Below are positions 9,154 to 18,008 of a stretch of 44,763 nt of DNA, in pieces. The stretch comes from an uncultured archaeon (GTDB taxonomy: Archaea > Aenigmatarchaeota > Aenigmatarchaeia > Aenigmatarchaeales > JACQIB01): positions 1 through 44,763 of the forward strand of contig CAYJQM010000001.1 in NCBI GenBank assembly GCA_964372405.1, given 5' to 3'. How positions within the stretch are numbered: the first letter of the stretch is position 1; each line of letters starts with the position of its first letter. The position numbers and the translations under genes are program-made. The notes below the pieces were generated by a model. That model did no database searches and was not told the origin of the DNA. It saw nothing but the letters and a program-made list of their open reading frames with translations.

Positions 9154-10749
9154 TTAATCACCACGTTTCAGCACGTATATGTTTCCACAATAGTTAAAAG
9201 GGCTACAGTAGTTGTAAGTTTTGTAAACCAAATATGTCCAATTTCTTTTCAAATCTACTGGATTTTTAGAGAATGACAACATATAGTCATCGTCTTTGCA
9301 GAATTTCCAGTCGTGGGGGCGTACGCCTGTCGAATCATATATTCCAATTTGCTTCCAATAACTGTAAATCGGTTCGTAGCCAAAATTGTAGAAACAGTAT
9401 TCGAAACCACCGTTTATTTTCTCTGATTGTGTTTCATTTTGTAGCTCAGCTATCGCGTTCCACCGTATAGAATTCCATGACATGTATTCGCTTGTTCCAT
9501 AAAAACTGAGAAATCCAAAAAATATTATTGCGATTATTGTTGCACCAAGCATAATCTTCCTATTAAAATTATTATGCAGTAAAGCGGCAGCAAAAGGCAT
9601 TAACAACAAAACATATCTGTCAAAGTAAACGCCTTTCTTGAGCAAGGCAAACACCAAAAGAAGTACAAACAGAACTATTGCTATGTTGGATTTTTTTGAT
9701 CGTGACAGTTCTGTGATTATGAATGCTGTTGAAACCAGCGTAAATACTGTAATTGCAAGCCAGAAGTTTTCATTAAGCATTACAGGCTTGTCGCTTACAC
9801 CTGGCAATGTTAATGCTCCTATACCCTGCATATTCAAAGTGTTTGGCAAATAGGGCATTGATGCCGCTATCGGGTGCTGCAACGATATGAAAACGTTCAG
9901 AATTATTGCAGTCACTGCCAACAGCAGTGTTATCGATATCATTCTTTTATCTTTCTTAATTATTTTTTCTAATCCAAGTATGGAAAGTGGTAGCAACAAA
10001 AATCCGAGATAAGCTAAGCTTCCCCATACGGCGTAAACGCCATCTTGCGATAATCCTATAGGATTTCTTACATCAAGCCCACCTTCATAGAAATTCTCGG
10101 TTTCCATGAACTTTGCTGCTGAAAATCCGCCAAATGCTAAAAGTGGAATTGCTAACAGTGCAAAATGCTTCGCATCCAGTTTTTTGTTGGAAACAAACGA
10201 GATTATAACAAATGCTATTGGCAGAAGCAACCCGATTTGCCTTGTTAGCACAGCCAATGTAGAAACAAAGCATGCTGCAGCAAAATATCTTAACTTGTTA
10301 TTCTCTTGCCACATTTCATAAAGTATAACAGCAAGCAGTGCAAGTACAAAAAACATTATATCGGTCATGAATAAGCGCGATGCAGAATAGTAGATAGGAT
10401 TTACAAGCATCAATAGCGAAATCAAGACTGCAATTTTCTTTTTAGCGCCAAATTTTATCAATAATATGTACGTTAGTGCAATACCAGTAGCCCCTAAAAA
10501 CATTGCACCAAATCTCAAAACAGTTAGACTATATCCGAATATTGAAGAAAGAAATGTACCGTACAGAATAAGAACCAATGCAGAGGATGTACACCCCTCG
10601 CAACCCAGCTTCCCGGTTGTCAACATCACGTTTACGGCCCTTGCATAAACGGATTCGTCATTAAGAGGATAATTTAAATTCCATTCTACTGCAGCTAGCA
10701 ATGCAAGGCTTACTGCAAACAACATTACCATGATCCAAAAGTTTCGCAT
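9154..10749 (-). CDS. GT-C fold membrane glycosyltransferase (ArnT/PMT_2-like), paralog of 5948-7489
   Basis: Polytopic protein with first-loop motif ..PLNDESVYA.. and a C-terminal soluble Cys/Tyr/Trp-rich domain. Confidence 0.65.
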   Translation of the reverse strand: MRNFWIMVMLFAVSLALLAAVEWNLNYPLNDESVYARAVNVMLTTGKLGCEGCTSSALVLILYGTFLSSIFGYSLTVLRFGAMFLGATGIALTYILLIKFGAKKKIAVLISLLMLVNPIYYSASRLFMTDIMFFVLALLAVILYEMWQENNKLRYFAAACFVSTLAVLTRQIGLLLPIAFVIISFVSNKKLDAKHFALLAIPLLAFGGFSAAKFMETENFYEGGLDVRNPIGLSQDGVYAVWGSLAYLGFLLLPLSILGLEKIIKKDKRMISITLLLAVTAIILNVFISLQHPIAASMPYLPNTLNMQGIGALTLPGVSDKPVMLNENFWLAITVFTLVSTAFIITELSRSKKSNIAIVLFVLLLVFALLKKGVYFDRYVLLLMPFAAALLHNNFNRKIMLGATIIAIIFFGFLSFYGTSEYMSWNSIRWNAIAELQNETQSEKINGGFEYCFYNFGYEPIYSYWKQIGIYDSTGVRPHDWKFCKDDDYMLSFSKNPVDLKRNWTYLVYKTYNYCSPFNYCGNIYVLKRGD

Positions 10750-10799
10750 AGCTCACTTTCGTGCTAAAGGTTTTTATGCTTAACAAATGCACTTAAGGC

Positions 10800-11768
10800 A
10801 TGCACAAAGTTTCAATACTTATAATAGCAAAAAACGAAGAGAAAAACATCTCTAGACTCTTCGAGTCTATGAAAAGACTAACATATCCCAAGAAGGACTA
10901 CGAAGTCGTTCTGGTTGATGACAAATCAACTGATTCTACGCCTCAAATTGCCAAGAAATATGGCGCGCGCGTTGTTTTGAACAAGAATTGGAAGGGCCGT
11001 GCCCATGTAAGAAATATTGCATTGAAATCTGCTAAATACAATACAGTTGCGTGGATAGATGCAGATACTGAGATAGTGGATCCTGATTGGCTGCAGCAAA
11101 TGCTTGTTCATTTGAAAGGTAAAGTTGTTGGTGTAGCCGGAATGCATGCCTATCCAATAAACGGGACATTCATACAAAAATCTGTTTGGCACATTCCCGG
11201 GATGCACATAGAAGTTTCACGCCCGCAAAAGGCAGAGAGGGCTCCAACTACAAGCAGTATGTTTCTAAAGAAACCTTTGTTAGAAGTCGGCGGGTATGAT
11301 GAAAAGTTTACGACGGGTGAAGACTTAGAAATTTGCTGGCGATTGGCTGCAAAGGGCTGGGATTTTGTGCAAGTTCCTAATGCTAGAATAATCCACCATT
11401 ACAGGCCATCTGTTAAAAAATTCTTCAATCAACAAATAGAATATGGCAGCGAGGGTGCAAAAATTTGGAGAGCGCGATTTGGTATTGGTGTTTATGCTCT
11501 GTTTCTAGGTTTTGTGTTAGCATTCGGATACGCTTTGATGAATTACACCTCAACAACCATCCAAGCAATCGCTGCACTGATTTTATTTTTCCAATTCGCA
11601 TTGCGCGGAATCTATTTCACGCCATTCACAATGATTAAGGCGTTAAAGCATGAGCGCAATCCATTGATTTTGTTAACGACGTGGTTCTTGATTGTAATCA
11701 AGAACGTAGCTACGGTCTTGGGCTTCCTAAGAGGACTCTTTGTCGGCGGACGCTACGAAGAACGTTAA
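10800..11768 (+). CDS. family 2 glycosyltransferase with C-terminal transmembrane segments
   Basis: MHKVSILIIAKNEEKNI..LVDDKSTD..WIDADT.. and a GEDLE motif, followed by hydrophobic C-terminal helices. Confidence 0.75.
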   Translation: MHKVSILIIAKNEEKNISRLFESMKRLTYPKKDYEVVLVDDKSTDSTPQIAKKYGARVVLNKNWKGRAHVRNIALKSAKYNTVAWIDADTEIVDPDWLQQMLVHLKGKVVGVAGMHAYPINGTFIQKSVWHIPGMHIEVSRPQKAERAPTTSSMFLKKPLLEVGGYDEKFTTGEDLEICWRLAAKGWDFVQVPNARIIHHYRPSVKKFFNQQIEYGSEGAKIWRARFGIGVYALFLGFVLAFGYALMNYTSTTIQAIAALILFFQFALRGIYFTPFTMIKALKHERNPLILLTTWFLIVIKNVATVLGFLRGLFVGGRYEER

Positions 11769-11813
11769 TGATTTGCTCTGTGTGAGGCAATCTAGTTATA
11801 ATTAGAAGTATAA

Positions 11814-13865
11814 TTAGAAAATGACTTCGTAGATTTTTACCTGCTCGTTTCTGAACACTTGCTTAAAATGATTCAGGCCTTCACCATCAAGGAAATATTG
11901 TTTTGTAAATACACTATTCCTTAGATGCGTAGGTATTATGGCGATGTAGCTGAAATCTGATTTTGTCCATATTGTAGCAGGAATTGTCTGATCTGCGATT
12001 CTTATTCCGAGCGGTTCTTCAATGGCCCTCAACTGACTTATTAATTCTGTATTATTGCCATCGAATTTGTAGTAACTCATAACACCATTGGTGTTTACCC
12101 ACAGTTCGCTTATCAATGCTGCATTTCTACCCTGCAGAACAAGCGGTACCGGGTTGTCACCCATTAAAATCATTATGTTGCCATAATTCCTAATAACAAT
12201 TTTTCCATCTTGGCTTTGTTTTGTGGAATCCGCATTCATGAGGCCGAATAACGGACATTTAGGATCGGAGCGTGCATCGCATCCAGTGCCGAAATATTGC
12301 AGCCATTGGAATTTTCCAACCAAATCATCAGATGCTATCCAATAAATTTTTGACGATGTACCTTGATATTTATGTAAAAGTTTTAGGGCTTCGTTTTCAT
12401 CTGTCGTTGAGAAAATTTTTCCCAAGTCTGTTATCCTTGTATTGATTCCATAAAGACAATCAGCGCTTGAGCAGTGTGCACCATCGCCAATAACTCTGCG
12501 TTCTGCAAGTCCGGTTATCATATGTCCTGGATCCCACCACGTTCCTACTAGAGAGTTCTCGGGCGTTTGTGTACGCAAGAATGTCCATGCATTTTCCCAG
12601 TTGCTATTACTATCTGGACCTAAGCTTGTACCAAGTGACATTCCAATAGAAATCGCATAAAATGCTAGCAGTGCACCAAAACCAACGACAGTGGCTTTCA
12701 TCATGTCATTCTTTCTTGCGGCATACACAAGATAACCAAATCCAGCACCTACAACAGCCAAAAATAGTATGGATGAAAATTCTGTAAATCGTATACCACG
12801 TATGATTGTATAACCGCTTACCAAAATTATTGCTATCATGGAAGATGTTTTTAGCAAGTCGGTTCTGGAACTTTTGTAAAGTGCAGTTAATATGAGCGCT
12901 ATGAATGTTAGGAACACGAGCGTATCCAATGTTCTATCACCCGTTACAAATCTTCCCATGGCAAGCATCCATGTATTTATATCTGCTAAATTCACGAGCT
13001 GAAGCTCTGCAATGGATATGTTAACAATTTGCGCTTCCGGTCGCACAGCAAAACCAAAGATTGCTATTAAGCTCCATAGAGGGTTTACATTTAGAACCAA
13101 ACCGGCTAAAATCAGCAACACAAAGATGCTGGCAATAGACAACGCCTGCGCTTTTAGCGAGTCTATTGTAGCTTTCAGTCTTTGCGAGCTGTTCAACCCA
13201 TCTTTAAGGAGCCATTTGCCAAAGACGTTCTGTAAAGCAAAATAAAATACTAAACCTGCAGATGTTATCAGAAGCGGGTAGATGAATATTTCCCACGTAA
13301 GCATGAACAAAGTGAAACCTAACGCTGCACTGAAAATGCTTTCTGGTGTGCGAAGCCGCACAGCGCGCAAACTAAGGAACAGGCAAAGTGTGATAAAAAA
13401 TACTACAGGTTGATCGGTGTCATAAGACGAGCCAAATGTTCTGATGAGAACCTGTGGAGCCAACCCTATCAAAGCGGCGGCCATTAACCCGCCATACTTG
13501 TTAGACAATTCGCGGCCGAGCAGGAAAGCGGGAATTACAATCGCGGCTCCCCAAAGACCGGCGACTAAAGTTGCAGTATTGATTAAATTCCAGCCAATAC
13601 CTTTCAATATCCAATAAACAATTCCGGTCACGTAAAACAAGAAAGGTGCGAGTATCACCTGCCTGCCGACGTAGTAAGTGAGTTCGTCCCATGCTGGCAG
13701 GAAACCATGATCTGCAAAATATTTTGTATATCTGAATTCAAAGATAGGATCGAATGAAAGCATGCGATCAGGGATTGTATTAACTGTTCTCGCTGCATAA
13801 GCCAAATAAAATATAGCGAGCAAAACAAGAAATACTGCGCTTATTTTGATAACTCTAGATGACAT
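11814..13865 (-). CDS. aglB: archaeal oligosaccharyltransferase AglB (STT3 family)
   Basis: Multi-TM N-terminal domain with first-loop ..SFDPIFEFRY.. . A WWDxG catalytic motif is present as TWWDPGH (codons 12525-12539). A soluble C-terminal domain follows. It is short (683 aa) for the family. Confidence 0.8.
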   Translation of the reverse strand: MSSRVIKISAVFLVLLAIFYLAYAARTVNTIPDRMLSFDPIFEFRYTKYFADHGFLPAWDELTYYVGRQVILAPFLFYVTGIVYWILKGIGWNLINTATLVAGLWGAAIVIPAFLLGRELSNKYGGLMAAALIGLAPQVLIRTFGSSYDTDQPVVFFITLCLFLSLRAVRLRTPESIFSAALGFTLFMLTWEIFIYPLLITSAGLVFYFALQNVFGKWLLKDGLNSSQRLKATIDSLKAQALSIASIFVLLILAGLVLNVNPLWSLIAIFGFAVRPEAQIVNISIAELQLVNLADINTWMLAMGRFVTGDRTLDTLVFLTFIALILTALYKSSRTDLLKTSSMIAIILVSGYTIIRGIRFTEFSSILFLAVVGAGFGYLVYAARKNDMMKATVVGFGALLAFYAISIGMSLGTSLGPDSNSNWENAWTFLRTQTPENSLVGTWWDPGHMITGLAERRVIGDGAHCSSADCLYGINTRITDLGKIFSTTDENEALKLLHKYQGTSSKIYWIASDDLVGKFQWLQYFGTGCDARSDPKCPLFGLMNADSTKQSQDGKIVIRNYGNIMILMGDNPVPLVLQGRNAALISELWVNTNGVMSYYKFDGNNTELISQLRAIEEPLGIRIADQTIPATIWTKSDFSYIAIIPTHLRNSVFTKQYFLDGEGLNHFKQVFRNEQVKIYEVIF

Positions 13866-13932
13866 TTAATCACGGTAAATAAATTTAGAAGTAGTCCGGA
13901 TTTAAACTATTTAAAGTAAAGAGGTTGAAGAA

Positions 13933-14061
13933 CTACCACTCGTCGTCTTCTGATTCTTCGCTGGCTTCGCTGTTCCAGGTTTCTCCGCCTTCTGTGTTAG
14001 TGTCTTCTTGCTGTTCCACCTCTTCCACCTTCCTCTTCTTTGCATCTTTTTTAACAGCCAT
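13933..14061 (-). CDS. 42-aa basic-then-acidic micro-protein (MAVKKDAKKRKVEEVEQQEDTNTEGGETWNSEASEESEDDEW)
   Basis: ATG at 14059-14061, TAG at 13933-13935. A TATA-like CTTTAAATA box lies about 30 nt upstream. It is below the ORF-track cutoff and resembles no family I recognise. Confidence 0.3.
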   Translation of the reverse strand: MAVKKDAKKRKVEEVEQQEDTNTEGGETWNSEASEESEDDEW

Positions 14062-14090
14062 AAAATCTGTTTATTGCATGCGCCAATAGG

Positions 14091-14099
14091 TATTTAAAG
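14091..14099 (-). promoter_or_regulatory. TATA-like box (CTTTAAATA on the minus strand) for the 42-aa ORF / aglB transcription unit
   Basis: 29 nt lie between the box and ATG 14061, which matches leaderless geometry. Confidence 0.35.
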
Positions 14100-14157
14100 G
14101 TTTCTGCTGTGCAACAGCTTTATGCAATAGCTGCTGGTGAAATTTACAAAGCAGTTG

Positions 14158-14168
14158 CTATAAAATAG
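14158..14168 (+). promoter_or_regulatory. TATA-like box (CTATAAAATAG) for the Nog1-NIF3-hyp-Hsp20 operon
   Basis: About 28 nt upstream of ATG 14195, embedded in repeated AATAGCTGC / AAGCAGTTG motifs. Confidence 0.35.
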
Positions 14169-14194
14169 CTGCATGCGAAGAAGCAGTTGATATT

Positions 14195-15163
14195 ATGCAG
14201 AATCCATTTAGTCGAGTTCAAGCCGACTCTTTACAGAATTTGATAGACAAGGCCCTATCGGCCGCTTCGAAATATGTTGAGAAGGAGAGGTTTGAAGACG
14301 ATGCAATTGAAAATGCCAGGCAGAAAGAGGGCATAAGGGTCAAGGTTGTCGGCTCTAATCTGCATGATTGGTTGATGGCTTATGCTGCTTCATTCCCTGA
14401 TCCGAAGTACGTTCCTAAAATCTATTCACAATTAAGCGATGCCCTAGTTGGCAATGACGATTTGGTAAAAGCTAAGATAGCGCTCAATAAAGTTGCAGTC
14501 GAGGCAAAGAAATTGCAGATGCATTATCTGCGTGTGCTTGGAAATGCAAGGCATACCTACCAATTTAGAAACATCAGAAAAGAATTTTATGGTCGATGCG
14601 TTGCATTGCTGAAGAAAAACCGCAGGCACATTACTTTGCTTTACCAGGCTTCTAGAACCCTTACAAGACTGCCCAACTTTGAGATTGCCCCGACAGTAAT
14701 TATATCAGGCTTGCCAAATGTTGGGAAAACTTCACTTTTGAAAGTGCTAACGGGCAGCGAGCCAGAGATCGCTCCCTATCCATTTACTACTAAGGGTTTG
14801 ATGCTAGGCTTTGCTGAAATCAAAGGAAAGAAAATTCAATTTATTGATACGCCAGGTCTTTTGGACAGGCCAATGAAAAGACGCAACAAGATTGAAATGC
14901 AGGCAGTTGCCGCTTTGGAAAATTTAGCTAATGCTGTAATTTTTATTTATGATCCAACGGAGACTTGCGGCTATACTTTGGAGCAGCAAAAGAATCTTTT
15001 CAATGACGTTAGGAAGCAAATTAATGTCCCGCTTGTGGTTGTCTCCAATAAGTCAGATCTTGTTGGTGCGAGAGAAGTTGAAAGCGATTTGAAAATATCC
15101 TGCACCAACAATGATGGATTAGATGCCCTAAAAACATTTATATCTGAGAAGCTGAAGTTGTAG
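14195..15163 (+). CDS. Nog1-family GTP-binding protein (archaeal NOG1 homolog)
   Basis: G1 GLPNVGKTSLL, G2 ..YPFTTK.., G3 DTPGLLDRP, G4 SNKSD. The N-terminal helical NOG1 domain is present. Confidence 0.8.
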   Translation: MQNPFSRVQADSLQNLIDKALSAASKYVEKERFEDDAIENARQKEGIRVKVVGSNLHDWLMAYAASFPDPKYVPKIYSQLSDALVGNDDLVKAKIALNKVAVEAKKLQMHYLRVLGNARHTYQFRNIRKEFYGRCVALLKKNRRHITLLYQASRTLTRLPNFEIAPTVIISGLPNVGKTSLLKVLTGSEPEIAPYPFTTKGLMLGFAEIKGKKIQFIDTPGLLDRPMKRRNKIEMQAVAALENLANAVIFIYDPTETCGYTLEQQKNLFNDVRKQINVPLVVVSNKSDLVGAREVESDLKISCTNNDGLDALKTFISEKLKL

Positions 15164-15173
15164 TGTGACAGAT

Positions 15174-15935
15174 ATGGCTAAACTAAAAGAAATTGTAGAT
15201 TTCTTAGACAGCTATCTAAAAATTAAAGATTTTACTTCAGCTGATGATAGCTGGAACGGTTTGCAAGTAGAGGGTAATGCAGAAGTAAAGAAAGTAGCCC
15301 TAGCGGTAACGCAAGGAATGGAGGCTTTTAAAAAGGCTAAAGAAGTAAGTGCTGATTTCCTATTAGTGCATCACGGATTATTTTGGAAAGTAGGTAATCC
15401 ATCAATTAAAGATGTAATCAAAGAACGCGTAGAGTTTTTGCTCAAAAACGGAATTTCGCTATATGCTGCACATCTTCCTCTAGATGCACAGCCCGAAATA
15501 GGCAATAATGCAGAAATACTAAGAATATTAGGTGCCCAAAAGGGCGAAGAATATGGTACATTTGGCGGCAAAACCATAAGTTGGATTGGCGAACTAAAAG
15601 ATGTTCCGTTAAAAGAAATAGTCCAAAAATTAGAAAAGGAACTGCAAACTAAATGCAAAGTTTTGCCGTTTGGCAAAGAGAAAATTAGAACTGTTGCAGT
15701 AGTCACTGGCGGAGGCGGCTACCCGGGGTTTTTCGAAGCATTGGGCAGGAAAGCCGACCTATATATCAGTGGCGATACTGCAGAAATTTGGAATGAAGCT
15801 AAAGACCATAAGATGAATGTAATTTTTGCATGGCACTATGCTACAGAAACGGTTGGTGTGAAAGCTTTGGGAGAAGTTTTAAAGAAGAAATTTAAAGTGG
15901 AAGTAGAATTTTTAAATATTCCAACAGACTTGTGA
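15174..15935 (+). CDS. NIF3-family dinuclear metal centre protein (YbgI/GTP cyclohydrolase I type 2-like)
   Basis: ..WNGLQVEG.., ..LLVHHGLFWK.., ..AAHLPLD.., ..YATE.. are NIF3 signature blocks. ATG at 15174 is preferred over GTG at 15165. Confidence 0.8.
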   Translation: MAKLKEIVDFLDSYLKIKDFTSADDSWNGLQVEGNAEVKKVALAVTQGMEAFKKAKEVSADFLLVHHGLFWKVGNPSIKDVIKERVEFLLKNGISLYAAHLPLDAQPEIGNNAEILRILGAQKGEEYGTFGGKTISWIGELKDVPLKEIVQKLEKELQTKCKVLPFGKEKIRTVAVVTGGGGYPGFFEALGRKADLYISGDTAEIWNEAKDHKMNVIFAWHYATETVGVKALGEVLKKKFKVEVEFLNIPTDL

Positions 15936-15939
15936 TTTA

Positions 15940-16428
15940 ATGGCTAAACAAGAGCATTGGGAAAAACGACAGGAACAAATCTTTCCTAGAGGCATTGAAG
16001 AAGTTGAGAAGCTTTACAAGTGGTTGGCTGAGAAGGAGTATATTGATAGAGGTGCGTATGCTGATGGTAATACGGATGGGAAAATAGTATTGACGACAAC
16101 TGGTCAAGAGTATTTAGATAGAGTTGCAGAAAGAGAACAAGTAGCTGGCGAGCTGATTAATTTTGGTCTGTTAGATGCAAATGAATATAATAAAAAAGGA
16201 AAATTTGTTTTCACAGATGAAGGGAGAAAATGTATAGATCTAAAACAATATAGAAAAGGAAATATTGTTTTTACAAAACAAGGTCAAAAGCGGTTAAGTG
16301 AAATGCGGAAACAGGAAGCTCTAGGTACTTTGTATGGAGTTATGGACGACATGGGAGAGCAATTACTACAAGTTGCAGCATTTATTGCTGCTGGTAAAAA
16401 AGATGCCATAACACATATTTTGAGATGA
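15940..16428 (+). CDS. hypothetical protein with three tandem wing-like G-K-hVhT-xx-G-xx-h motifs
   Basis: The ORF sits in operon context. Internal repeats are DGKIVLTTTGQEYLDRV, KGKFVFTDEGRKCIDL and KGNIVFTKQGQKRLSEM. No family recognised. Confidence 0.5.
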   Translation: MAKQEHWEKRQEQIFPRGIEEVEKLYKWLAEKEYIDRGAYADGNTDGKIVLTTTGQEYLDRVAEREQVAGELINFGLLDANEYNKKGKFVFTDEGRKCIDLKQYRKGNIVFTKQGQKRLSEMRKQEALGTLYGVMDDMGEQLLQVAAFIAAGKKDAITHILR

Positions 16429-16919
16429 TATTTATGGAGAAAAAAGTAAAACAAAGACCGGAATTTTGGTTTGAGCAGCCGACTGCTACAAAGAGCTTGA
16501 TGAAGATCGATGATGAATTGCACAAGATGCTTAAGCATCCATTAGAAGCAAGATTTAATTTTCCTCAGTTCAAACTGTCTAGAGAATTGCTTCACATGAT
16601 GCCTACTGATATTGCAGATCTTGGTGGAGAGCTTGCGATAAAGGCTGCGTTGCCTGGCTACGATAAAAATAAAATTAAGTTGAAAATTGGACCAAGGACG
16701 GTTACAATTTCTGCCGAGCAAAAGAAACAGAAGCGCGATATTGGAAGGAAATCTTTCAGCCAAGAGACGTCTTTTGGTTCTGCTCACCAAAGTTTTTCAT
16801 TGCCAATCGAGGTTTCGCCTGACAGCGCAAAAGCAAAGTACGACAAAGGAATTCTTACAATACATGTGAAGAAAGCCAGGAAGGCTTTGGAAAAAGAAAA
16901 GGAAGTTAGGTTGGGTTAA
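16425..16919 (+). CDS. small heat-shock protein (Hsp20/alpha-crystallin domain)
   Basis: ..LAIKAALPGYDKNKIKLKIGPRTVTISAE..FSLPIEVSPDSAKAKYDKGILTIHVKK matches the ACD beta-sandwich consensus. Confidence 0.8.
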   Translation: MIFMEKKVKQRPEFWFEQPTATKSLMKIDDELHKMLKHPLEARFNFPQFKLSRELLHMMPTDIADLGGELAIKAALPGYDKNKIKLKIGPRTVTISAEQKKQKRDIGRKSFSQETSFGSAHQSFSLPIEVSPDSAKAKYDKGILTIHVKKARKALEKEKEVRLG

Positions 16920-17913
16920 CTTCAACCGTCTTCTTAGTTTTGTCAATTTCAAATTTAACAGGCAAGAATTTTTCTATTACATGCGTGTTTGTAATAATAT
17001 GATTGGTTATTTCGCTGGTTGTGATTTTGCCTTCGCCCGCTATAGCCATGTAAGGCAAGAGCATGTCTGCAGCATGCCTATCAACAGGGCCGCCGAAATA
17101 TTCGTCAACTAAATAGCGGGCTGCTTCGCGTCCAACTTCTTCTGATGTTTTTTCAATTGCGCCTAAAGCGTCCGTACCTATGACACCGTTCTCAGTTTTA
17201 ATGAAAAGCATTATTCCAGAACCGCGGGATTCTGTAGAATCATATTTGCATTGGCAGTCGAGAACTTTTCCTAGCTTCTGTTGGATATAGGCGCCTGCAG
17301 CATCAACTTGTCTCTCTGCGACTTTTCCTCGCTGCAATTGTAGTGATGCTGAGGAAACTCCGTATACACCTTGGACTAGACTTTTGTTAACAATTTCAAT
17401 CTTCTTTGCTTCCCATGGCGCGGTTTCAACTTCAACTTCTGCCCCACCTTTTGGATAGAAGCCTTCCTTGATGATTTTAATTTTGGTTTTCTCTCCCAGC
17501 AATGGCAAAAAGACTTGTTCGATATATGCAACAGGCGGTGCCCACTTCCCCCAACTTGCCCCGCCTTTGAAGTGGATTTTAATTGGCGATTTTAATTGAG
17601 ATGTTACTAATAATAAAGCCTGTAGGACTAGTCCTATACTTCCTGCTGTCGAGATTTCGACTTCGAGATCTTTTGGATTTAATTCGTGAGGTTCAAAAGT
17701 AAGCTCTTTCGAATTGAGAATTAACCCGTCTATTTTTGCATTGCACAATTCTCCTATTGCAGTAATTCCCTCGATGTGTTGCACTTTGAGACCTGGTTCA
17801 GGCCGTCCGCCGCGTATGTTTGAGATCTTCACGGGCTTTCCGGTTATTGCTGAAAGTGCTACTGCTGTACGCACAAACTGCCCGCCAGCTTCTTTGCCGT
17901 CTAGTTCTATCAT
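16906..17913 (-). CDS. rtcA: RNA 3'-terminal phosphate cyclase
   Basis: MIELDGKEAGGQFVRTAVALSAITGKPVKISNIRGGRPEPGLKVQH.. is the canonical RtcA N-terminus, and the protein is about 335 aa. Convergent 14-nt overlap with the Hsp20 gene. Confidence 0.85.
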   Translation of the reverse strand: MIELDGKEAGGQFVRTAVALSAITGKPVKISNIRGGRPEPGLKVQHIEGITAIGELCNAKIDGLILNSKELTFEPHELNPKDLEVEISTAGSIGLVLQALLLVTSQLKSPIKIHFKGGASWGKWAPPVAYIEQVFLPLLGEKTKIKIIKEGFYPKGGAEVEVETAPWEAKKIEIVNKSLVQGVYGVSSASLQLQRGKVAERQVDAAGAYIQQKLGKVLDCQCKYDSTESRGSGIMLFIKTENGVIGTDALGAIEKTSEEVGREAARYLVDEYFGGPVDRHAADMLLPYMAIAGEGKITTSEITNHIITNTHVIEKFLPVKFEIDKTKKTVEVNPT

Positions 17914-18008
17914 TGCGTGGACACCTCGTTTATGTCAGTCCATGCGTGCAAAACATAGGTATCAATATAAGTTATGTTTTTCATGCGCAGAATTTGAGTA
18001 GAAGGAAT

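Noticed and set aside
11797-11819. Tandem direct repeat TATAATTAGAA x2 between GT2 and aglB.
   Set aside because: It is a very short AT-rich duplication overlapping the aglB stop, consistent with slippage or chance. No structure or coding consequence is evident.
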